From: a virus
Taxonomy: Duplodnaviria; Caudoviricetes
Reading direction: 5' to 3' (one strand)
DNA length: 30,612 nt
Virus record (IMG/VR): IMGVR_UViG_3300032335_000508
Location: 1-30,612 of that record
The notes beneath the pieces were generated by a model. That model was not told the DNA's origin and made no database searches. It saw only the letters and a list, made by a program, of their open reading frames with translations. This document shows, piece by piece, positions 23,617-30,612 of this stretch; position 1 is the first letter of the stretch; every line of letters begins with the position of its first letter. A program made the position numbers and the translations under genes.

Positions 23617-24319
23617 CTTCATTCAGAGATACTGCGCTCGGAACTTCGTATCGCAGCGATACTACGAATGGCACGATACATATGGCGCGGATCGAATTGC
23701 GCTGAAGAACAATCCAGTCGAGCACGTTCGATTTGTCGGAGTAGGCTACGACAATGCGATCTCCGTTCAATCGACAGTCCCAAGCGATATTTCCGTGACG
23801 ATCGGAGTCGATAGCGACCACGTGCATCTCCATCGAATCAATTCGTCAGGAGTCGAGACATCGAGCCAAGCCGTTTTCGCAACGTATCCATCGACCAATC
23901 TCCTTGCGGCGGCAATCTCTGGCGTGACTGGCTTCTCGGCGAGCGCGGTCTTGAATTTGCCAACCAAGTACCTTCGCAAGATCGCAGGCGCGGATCTCAA
24001 GCAGAAGACGATCTACCTTCAGGCTCCGACTGATTCGCTGACTGACTACATGATCGACGATGCGAGGGGAATCATTTACGGCCCTACGCTGACGCAGTAT
24101 CGTTCGTTCTTCGTTGACTATGAAGGCGGATACGGAGTGATTCCATACGATCTTCAGCAGGCGACGATCGAGATGGCATCTCGTCTCCTGAACTCGCGGA
24201 AGCGCGATCCGAGCCTTCAGAGCGAATCGCTCGGCGGATACTCGTACTCGCTTCGATCTGTGTCGGATATCGACTCGTCGACGAAGTTGGTTCTCGATTC
24301 GTATCGGAGGCTCCGTTGA
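23504..24319 (+). CDS. Head-tail connector (gp6/gp15-like) with an inserted domain
   Basis: LTTL..LKQYL...DDAL...LI..AS..I..YC.R.F; Y.GGY..IP.DL.QA; SESLGGYSYS. Confidence 0.85.
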   Translation: MAVATNSLTTLVSLKQYLGVTTTTDDALMESLIDRASDFIQRYCARNFVSQRYYEWHDTYGADRIALKNNPVEHVRFVGVGYDNAISVQSTVPSDISVTIGVDSDHVHLHRINSSGVETSSQAVFATYPSTNLLAAAISGVTGFSASAVLNLPTKYLRKIAGADLKQKTIYLQAPTDSLTDYMIDDARGIIYGPTLTQYRSFFVDYEGGYGVIPYDLQQATIEMASRLLNSRKRDPSLQSESLGGYSYSLRSVSDIDSSTKLVLDSYRRLR

Positions 24320-24711
24320 GCATCGAGACGCTTGTGAATCAGTTCGGAATGACGCTGTACATTCGTCTTCCGGCGTACACGGTCGAATCGGACGGATCAA
24401 TCTCTCGGCAGTATGGCCGAGTTTTTACGGCGACAGGATTCATTCAGCCTGCCTCACAAAGCGAGCCAGTCATTCAAGGCCGATACGAAGGCCGAACTTC
24501 CGCGACGATTTACTTTGCCGGCGCACTCACGATCGGCATCGACTACGAGATTCACGACTCGGAAGGCCTGACGGCTCGACAATGGCGCGTCACGGGTGTC
24601 GTGAATCCTGCGGAACTCGGTCAGACTGGAGCGCGTCCTGCGCTCAATATGACGGTCGTCGATTGCGTTGAAGTTGAGCCTGACGCAGTCGGAGCAGGAG
24701 GCGCACCGTGA
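24316..24711 (+). CDS. Head closure/stopper protein
   Basis: Position after the connector; GFIQP...W.VTGV.NP. Confidence 0.65.
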   Translation: MSIETLVNQFGMTLYIRLPAYTVESDGSISRQYGRVFTATGFIQPASQSEPVIQGRYEGRTSATIYFAGALTIGIDYEIHDSEGLTARQWRVTGVVNPAELGQTGARPALNMTVVDCVEVEPDAVGAGGAP

Positions 24712-25193
24712 GCGGCGCGAAGTTCAATCATGACGCGATTCTCGAAACGATGCGAGTCGGTATTCGCAAAGGTATGAACTTGTCTCTCGTCAGAGCGTCC
24801 CGATTGATGCGTGGTCAACTATCTCACGCAGGCATGGGGACGCTTTACAAAGTCGCACAAGGAAAGGCGAAGGGTCGAAATCTGCGAGCGCGTGGCTACC
24901 ATCGCGCTTCATACGCAGGACAATCTCCTGCGGCATTGACAGGAAGCCTCCGCGCTTCATGGAGCGTCGAGACGGTCGGCAATCGTCCAGACGGATTCGC
25001 GAACATCTTCGAGGACGGTCGAGATGTCATCCTTCGATTTGGAAGCAATTTGAAATATGCGCCGATGCTCGAATATGGAACTCGCCGAATGAAGCCTCGT
25101 CCATATGTGAGGAAGGTACTACCTCGTCTCGCGGTATTCGCCAAGAAAGATATCTTCACGGCACTTGAGAGAGAATTTGCGAGGACTCCATGA
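24708..25193 (+). CDS. HK97 gp10-like tail completion protein
   Basis: PA..TG.LR.S, GSN.KYA..LEYGTRRM.PRPY. Confidence 0.85.
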   Translation: MSGAKFNHDAILETMRVGIRKGMNLSLVRASRLMRGQLSHAGMGTLYKVAQGKAKGRNLRARGYHRASYAGQSPAALTGSLRASWSVETVGNRPDGFANIFEDGRDVILRFGSNLKYAPMLEYGTRRMKPRPYVRKVLPRLAVFAKKDIFTALEREFARTP

Positions 25194-25582
25194 GCAAAGC
25201 AATCCTCGACGCGGTGAAGACTCGGCTCTATGCGACGACCTCGATCGCGACTGCGCTCGCGTCTCGGATCTACTACAACTCCGCGCCTGCAAACGCGAAT
25301 CTTCCTCTTCTCGTCTATACGGCGACTGTGAGGACGACTCCATTCTTCGGCGCGATCACGCGGCACGAAGTGGAGATCGAGTTCGCGATTCAATACAACA
25401 ACGAGAACGGAATCGACGCGTACACAATCTCGGACGGCCTCGCGACGGCGTTCTCGACTCCGATCGCCGTATCTGGCTTCGACGCGCTTCGCGGAGTTCG
25501 CATCGAGCGCGGTGTGCCATCATTCGCAGATGATGGTTGGACGATGATTGAGCGGTGGCGATTCGTCGCGCACGACACATAA
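25190..25582 (+). CDS. Tail terminator (DUF3168-like)
   Basis: AI...L......L..RIY...AP.....P..VY; position before the tail tube. Confidence 0.75.
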   Translation: MSKAILDAVKTRLYATTSIATALASRIYYNSAPANANLPLLVYTATVRTTPFFGAITRHEVEIEFAIQYNNENGIDAYTISDGLATAFSTPIAVSGFDALRGVRIERGVPSFADDGWTMIERWRFVAHDT

Positions 25583-25591
25583 GGAAACCTC

Positions 25592-26050
25592 ATGGCAATC
25601 GATACATATCTCATCGGCAACGACGGAAACGTCTCCTACACGATCGGAACGACGACGACCGTCCAGACCTTTTTCAAGGTCCAGAGTTTCGCTGCGACTC
25701 TCTCGCGGCCTGTCTCGACTCTGACGGCCTTCGGCGATACTGGACATCGCAAGCGTCTCGGTATGCTCGATTTGACTGGCTCGCTCAATGCCATCGTCGG
25801 TATCGATTCGACGGCAGGCACTTCGACAAGCCACACGAATCTCATTCTCGTCTCGTCGCAGGACACGACGACGACGCGACCTGCCTTGAGCCTCACGCTC
25901 TATGACAGCACGAATGACGCGAAGATCTCGTCGAACTGTGTCTTCTCCTCATTCGCGTTCAATTCAACGAAGACTGGCGACACGACGATGACGGTCAACT
26001 TCGAGAACGCGGATGGCGCGGCTCCAGTCGTCACTTGGCTGATCTCATGA
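25592..26050 (+). CDS. Tail tube (major tail) protein
   Basis: G.DG.V, TAFGD...K..G..D.TGS; Thr/Ser-rich; position. Confidence 0.75.
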   Translation: MAIDTYLIGNDGNVSYTIGTTTTVQTFFKVQSFAATLSRPVSTLTAFGDTGHRKRLGMLDLTGSLNAIVGIDSTAGTSTSHTNLILVSSQDTTTTRPALSLTLYDSTNDAKISSNCVFSSFAFNSTKTGDTTMTVNFENADGAAPVVTWLIS

Positions 26051-26319
26051 GCCTTTCTGCTACTGAAGTCATTCCTCTATTTCGGCCTTCCGATGCAGAC
26101 TGGATCGTGACTCTCGTCACGAAACAAGGCCGAACGATTTCGCGTCGAATCAGCGGAGGACGACTCGAAGAGGAAGCGGCAGTCCGAGTCGCGATGAACG
26201 CGAGCGAAGTCAGCCTCGCGGATCTCGATTCGTATACAGTTCGACGCGCTTCCGATCGATCTCTCGTCGTCAACGGCGACGAGTTTCTCGCACATCTCAA
26301 AACAAAGAAGAAGGACTAA
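26047..26319 (+). CDS. Hypothetical tail-region protein
   Basis: ATGA-coupled to the tail tube and TAATG-coupled to the chaperone. Confidence 0.6.
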   Translation: MSLSATEVIPLFRPSDADWIVTLVTKQGRTISRRISGGRLEEEAAVRVAMNASEVSLADLDSYTVRRASDRSLVVNGDEFLAHLKTKKKD

Positions 26320-26693
26320 TGGTTCACCCTTGGAATGAGACGCTTCCTGATGGTCGCGTCGTCACGATTCGGCCTTTGACCGTTCGTCAGCGTATCGCGC
26401 TTACGAACGAACTCGCAGACATTCGAGCAGGCGAAGCGCGGAAGGCAGCGGAGATCGCAGGCCTTCCGGTTTCGCTTCAGGCCGTCGAGAAGGCTCGCAG
26501 AGACGCTCTCGTCGCTTCGGCCCTAGTTCTGGACTGCTACACGCTCGCAGGCTCTCTGCGCGTTCTGTGCGCCGCGAGCGAGTTCGGCGAGCTGATCGCG
26601 GATTCTGTCGACGCGAAGCGAGCCACAGAGATCGCGCTTCGTGCGCTCGGATTCGGCGGCGAAGATCGAGAAGAGAAGCAAGCGGGAAACTGA
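26319..26693 (+). CDS. Tail assembly chaperone (lambda gpG analogue)
   Basis: IRPLTVRQ motif; ends at slippery site G GGA AAC TGA. Confidence 0.75.
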   Translation: MVHPWNETLPDGRVVTIRPLTVRQRIALTNELADIRAGEARKAAEIAGLPVSLQAVEKARRDALVASALVLDCYTLAGSLRVLCAASEFGELIADSVDAKRATEIALRALGFGGEDREEKQAGN

Positions 26694-26739
26694 GTGGGCC
26701 TCCGCGCGAGCCGATGCCGCGTGACTATCTCGCGGAGGC
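26684..26739 (+). promoter_or_regulatory. Programmed -1 frameshift signal
   Basis: In-frame G GGA AAC (26684-26690), 7-nt spacer, stem GCCTCCGCG (26698-26706)/CGCGGAGGC (26731-26739). Confidence 0.8.
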
Positions 26740-26908
26740 GCATCTCATCGCACGAACTGCCGCAGGCCTCGGGAATCCACTCGATCTGACGTGCGCCGAA
26801 TTCGATCGTCATCTCATGCTTTGCTTGAAAGGCTACGAGTCGAGTCAGACTGCGTCGACTGATTCGCGCGACTGGGCGCGACGATATGTAGAGCGGAGCA
26901 CTACATGA
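26684..26908 (+). CDS. Frameshift extension of the tail chaperone (gpGT analogue)
   Basis: The -1 frame (ORF 26567-26908) is open through to an ATGA overlap with the tape measure gene. Confidence 0.75.
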   Translation, partial: GKLSGPPREPMPRDYLAEAHLIARTAAGLGNPLDLTCAEFDRHLMLCLKGYESSQTASTDSRDWARRYVERSTT

Positions 26909-27984
26909 AGGGCGGCGACATTTACATCGACGTGCGAGCGAACTACTCCGCAATGGAGCGCGATCTCGTCGAGGCAGAGTCAAAGGCCGCAGCGTCAGCA
27001 GAAGGCGCGGCGAAACAGTACGAGTCGAAGTTCGGCGGATGGCTACAGAAGAGCGCAGGGAGCGTCTCGAAGAAGATCGAGGGCTTTCTCAATCCGATCC
27101 AACTCCTCGATCGAGTCGCGGATTTCGCGGAGCGAGCCGGAGAAGAAGGCATCGGCTCTGCGCTCGATGGACTCGCGAAGTCGACGCCGATCATCGGCGC
27201 GGCCTACCGAATCGGAACGGCGATCGGTCAGTCCGTGATGAATGCTTTCGGCGCGGAGACGAACGAACAGTTCGCCGCGCGTGTCGAGCAGGAACTCGCA
27301 GACGCGCAGGCTCGCGCGGATCGTCAGCGCAAGATCGCGCAGGGACAAGAAGCAGAGGCTCGCCAGACGTTTGGGCTTGAGCAGGAAGCAGGCGCGGCAG
27401 AGTTCGAAGCGCAGATGCGTCAACTTGAGCGCACGGGCCAAGCGGAACGCGCGATCTTCCTTCGAGGCTTGAACGAAGAAGAGCGTCTCCAGACCGAAAT
27501 GGAATTGCGAGTCGCAGATGCCGCGAACGAAGCGCAGGCCGACGCGATTCGTCGACTGTATGAAGCGAAGATCCAATCGAACGCAGACGAGACTCGCGAC
27601 AAACTCGACAAGCAGAAGGCCGCAGACAAGGCCGCTGCCGAGGCTCGAATCGCAGAAGAGACTCGCGCGGCAGATGAGATCGCGAAGGCCGAGGCCGATG
27701 CCTCGAAAGCGGCGCAGCGTGAGCAGGAGAAGGCCGATCAGGAGGCCGCTCGCGCTCGCGAGAAGGCCGATGCAGAGCGCGTCAAAATGATGGAAGAGGT
27801 CGCGCGTATGGAAGAAGAGCGCATCTCATCGCAGGCCGCAGGCATCAACGGCGCGAATACCGCGCTCGGAACTTTCCGATTTGATGCGTATCCGGACAAC
27901 GACAAGCGGCGCAACGATGAGCGTATGGTTCGAGGCATCGAGACGCTTGTCGCGAACTCTGGAACGAGTGGAGGATTCGTCTAA
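26905..27984 (+). CDS. Tape measure protein (short, 359 aa)
   Basis: G.IYIDV.A N-terminus; Ala/Glu-rich helical; follows the G/GT genes. Confidence 0.8.
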   Translation: MKGGDIYIDVRANYSAMERDLVEAESKAAASAEGAAKQYESKFGGWLQKSAGSVSKKIEGFLNPIQLLDRVADFAERAGEEGIGSALDGLAKSTPIIGAAYRIGTAIGQSVMNAFGAETNEQFAARVEQELADAQARADRQRKIAQGQEAEARQTFGLEQEAGAAEFEAQMRQLERTGQAERAIFLRGLNEEERLQTEMELRVADAANEAQADAIRRLYEAKIQSNADETRDKLDKQKAADKAAAEARIAEETRAADEIAKAEADASKAAQREQEKADQEAARAREKADAERVKMMEEVARMEEERISSQAAGINGANTALGTFRFDAYPDNDKRRNDERMVRGIETLVANSGTSGGFV

Positions 27985-28787
27985 TGGCTTTCGAGTTTGT
28001 TGAGTTGCAGGAGACGCGAGGATTCAGCGACAGCGGAGGCCGCGTGAGCGCGAGCCGAACTTTCCGTTGTTGGGACGATGCCGCTCCGCTCACGTCGCCG
28101 AAGATGGTCAAGGACCATTTTGGAGTCGAGTTGCCTGACATCCGCGAAGAGTTCCCCGATGAGAAATTGATCTTCGCGACGGCGTTTTCGATCAAGCACA
28201 TTGCAGAATCTCGCAATGTGTGGGAAGTAGAGTTCACCTACGAGAACACAGAGCCGGGAGATAAACTGCCGAATGAAGAAGGATACATCCAGATTACGAT
28301 CGACTACGCTTCAGAGTTTCGCGAAGCATGGCGCACAGGTCCAACCATTCCGTCAAACGGAACGCAGACTGGTCTTGATTGCGGAGGAACTCCGATCGAC
28401 AAATCTGGAGTTCCTCTCTCGATCCTTGTTCGCATGAGCGATATCACGATCACGGAAACCGTATCTGCTGCGAGTTTCCCAGAACGATCGCTCAAGATTC
28501 GACAGGCGCGAGGCCGTCGAAACTCGACGATCTTTCAAGGCGCACCGATCGGGCAAGTTCTGTATCTCGGCGCGAATGCTTCGAGAATCGGCCTTGAGAA
28601 GTTCTCGATCACGCACAAGTTTCGACAGGATGAATTCCTGCACATGATCCAGAGTGCGAGGAGAAATCAACTCGGCCAAGTGGACACCGTTGCAGATCTT
28701 CAGGGCATATACAGAGCAGGGAATGTCGATCTCGTTCAGCCTTTCCCGAACTTCGCAGATTTCAATCTTCTATCGGAGAATTTCTGA
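27984..28787 (+). CDS. Putative distal tail/hub protein
   Basis: Directly after the tape measure gene; beta-rich; N...F.G...G.VLY.GA. Confidence 0.55.
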   Translation: MAFEFVELQETRGFSDSGGRVSASRTFRCWDDAAPLTSPKMVKDHFGVELPDIREEFPDEKLIFATAFSIKHIAESRNVWEVEFTYENTEPGDKLPNEEGYIQITIDYASEFREAWRTGPTIPSNGTQTGLDCGGTPIDKSGVPLSILVRMSDITITETVSAASFPERSLKIRQARGRRNSTIFQGAPIGQVLYLGANASRIGLEKFSITHKFRQDEFLHMIQSARRNQLGQVDTVADLQGIYRAGNVDLVQPFPNFADFNLLSENF

Positions 28788-29152
28788 TGGCTCGCGAGAT
28801 CACGTTGAACCTCAAGATCGCAACTATCAAAGGCGATCTCAACCATACTGAAAACCCCGGAACGCTCTTTGTCGATCTCGCAGGAACGACGGCAGTCGGC
28901 GGCGCGGCAACCGTGACGACTACCGCTGCCGCGCTCACGATGGGAAGCGTTTCATCCGCAGGCTATGCCTACTTCAAGAACACAGGGCCGACGAATTACG
29001 TCGAGATTGGAACAGGTACAGGCGGCTCATTCGTCGCGTTCCTGAAGTTGAAAGCAGGAGAGGCCGCGATCTGTAGGCTCGGTACAAACACTCCGACCGC
29101 GCGAGCGAATACTGCGAGCGTCGCGCTTCAATACTACATCTTGGCGGACTGA
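28787..29152 (+). CDS. Putative tail structural protein
   Basis: Thr/Ala-rich; GYAYFKN...NYVEIG...KLKAGE; TGATG-coupled. Confidence 0.6.
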   Translation: MAREITLNLKIATIKGDLNHTENPGTLFVDLAGTTAVGGAATVTTTAAALTMGSVSSAGYAYFKNTGPTNYVEIGTGTGGSFVAFLKLKAGEAAICRLGTNTPTARANTASVALQYYILAD

Positions 29153-29862
29153 TGACGCTTCCAAAGTTCACCGCAGGCCAAGTCGGAAAACTCGAATTCC
29201 ACCATCTCAACGAGGCGTTCGAGCGCATCGAGAGACTGGACGGGAATCCTGCGCTCGTTACTGCTTCTGGTCCAGTACTCGGTCGAACGATTCTCGTTCG
29301 GATCACGGGACAAAGCGGAACGGGAAACTCGATCAGAGGAAGTTTCGAAGAGGTCGCTCTTTCATCTGTCGGATCGAATACCTACGTCGCGGTAGGTGGC
29401 GGCGTGAAATCGACCGTATCTGGAGACGCGTACGGCGCACCGATTGTCTTTCCATGCTCCGCAGTTGGATCGATTGTCCCAGTCCTTGGACATATCGCGG
29501 CGAATGGAAAACTCTATTTCCGCGAATGCTCATCTCCGACTCTGATGCGCTTGGGAAGAATCAACGCGGCGGCACAGATCGGGTCATCTGGAAAATTCAT
29601 CTACACGCTCGTAGAAGTTTCGATCGACAACTTCAATCAAGGAACTTTTGCGACGGTTGGATCTGGTCTGATCTTCTACGCGCTGAATGGTTGCGAACAG
29701 CCAGTTGATTTGAATCGAGAGATCGGAGTCGGCACGATCTATCCGCTCGGCGGAACGGCATATCGAAAGCCGATCAAGAACGGAACCGTCGTCTCGTGTA
29801 TGCCTTCGGGCAGCGACTATGTCTTCTCCATTCCAAACGGATACGAGTTCGTCTGCCCATGA
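29152..29862 (+). CDS. Putative tail-tip/baseplate protein
   Basis: LPKF..G......HLN N-terminus; TGATG-coupled; position. Confidence 0.55.
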   Translation: MTLPKFTAGQVGKLEFHHLNEAFERIERLDGNPALVTASGPVLGRTILVRITGQSGTGNSIRGSFEEVALSSVGSNTYVAVGGGVKSTVSGDAYGAPIVFPCSAVGSIVPVLGHIAANGKLYFRECSSPTLMRLGRINAAAQIGSSGKFIYTLVEVSIDNFNQGTFATVGSGLIFYALNGCEQPVDLNREIGVGTIYPLGGTAYRKPIKNGTVVSCMPSGSDYVFSIPNGYEFVCP

Positions 29863-30221
29863 GTAGCCTTCCCTCATCAATCAACTCTCTCACGAGATTC
29901 AGCGCAAAGCGAAGAATCGTTGCATCAACCGCGAAGACGGCCTCTTCGATTGTGTATGAAGTTCCCGCGTCGAAGTCGCTGCGAATCGAATCTCTTTCGG
30001 TTTGCAACACGGCGGTAGGGACGATCACCTTTCGTCTCTTCATCCTCGGCGCGAACGAATCGACGGCAGTCTCGAACGCGGTGTACTACGACAATCCGCT
30101 TCGAGGAAATGCGACGCTCCTCGATGACTCGATTCGATACTTGAACGCAGGCGATCGGATCGCGCTTCGAGCGGATACAGCGAGTTCGGTTTCGCTACAG
30201 ATTCACGGAGTCGAGGAGTGA
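29859..30221 (+). CDS. Small beta-sandwich virion protein
   Basis: VYEVPA....I..L.VCN...L.AGD.I.......G.E pattern common in phage structural genes. Confidence 0.65.
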   Translation: MSSLPSSINSLTRFSAKRRIVASTAKTASSIVYEVPASKSLRIESLSVCNTAVGTITFRLFILGANESTAVSNAVYYDNPLRGNATLLDDSIRYLNAGDRIALRADTASSVSLQIHGVEE

Positions 30222-30612
30222 GCGTCGACGCGGCGAGCCTTCTTTGTTGCTGCGCTCCGACTTTCCCGACGAGTTGCGTTGATATCTGGCAATGCTCGAT
30301 GCCGAAATTCCGGCTCGATTATGAACTCGGTCTAACGACGAAGATTGTGGGAACGACGAGCAATGGTCTTGTGACATTGAGCGAGGTTGTATGCACGATG
30401 ACAGGCTTTGCGACCTATCAGAAAGCAGCAACCGCTCCTCCGTTGTTTGGTGGAGTTCCTACGTTGTATTTCCGAACAGGAGCGGCAGAATTCAATTTCT
30501 TCCAACGAAGAAGAACCAGAGCATTTTTCACTTCTCCAAACTGCAATCCATGCGGTAGCACTTATCTAAACTCTGAAGGAACGATCACGGGATCTGGAGC
30601 GATTGCCGCAGG
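30218..30612 (+). CDS. N-terminal part of the junction-spanning Cys-rich protein (VSVDAASLLCCCAPTF...)
   Basis: GTGA overlap with the upstream stop; no stop before the window end; continues in frame to 682. Missed by the ORF track. Confidence 0.75.
   Translation, partial: MSVDAASLLCCCAPTFPTSCVDIWQCSMPKFRLDYELGLTTKIVGTTSNGLVTLSEVVCTMTGFATYQKAATAPPLFGGVPTLYFRTGAAEFNFFQRRRTRAFFTSPNCNPCGSTYLNSEGTITGSGAIAA
30490..30612. repeat. Direct terminal repeat, copy 2
   Basis: Identical to 1-123. Confidence 0.95.

Overview
The window is an apparently complete, circularly permuted genome of a small tailed phage with siphovirus-type gene content. Bases 1-123 are identical to 30490-30612, giving a 30,489-bp circle, and one Cys-rich gene runs across the junction. 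Almost all genes are on the + strand. Order: tail-tip genes; early/replication block (RecT-like annealing protein, HTH, probable origin, G39P-like loader, small ORFs separated by repeated structured leaders, i-type lysozyme, Gp157, CsrA-like protein, RusA); holin/spanin-like block; Gly-rich fibre; FkbM methyltransferase; terminases; a 1282-aa portal-cargo-MuF fusion; HK97 protease and capsid; three paralogous decoration-like genes; a methyltransferase/glycosyltransferase; neck and tail genes with a -1 frameshift and a very short tape measure. I recognised no integrase, DNA polymerase, tRNA or CRISPR. A Planctomycetota host is inferred from an HTH resembling planctomycete response regulators. 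Strongest leads: (1) a candidate post-transcriptional system of a divergent CsrA-like protein plus GGA-loop hairpins and a covarying repeated RNA element in early leaders; (2) the multi-cargo portal polyprotein; (3) probable virion glycan modification. All family calls are from motif recognition by eye, with no database searches run.
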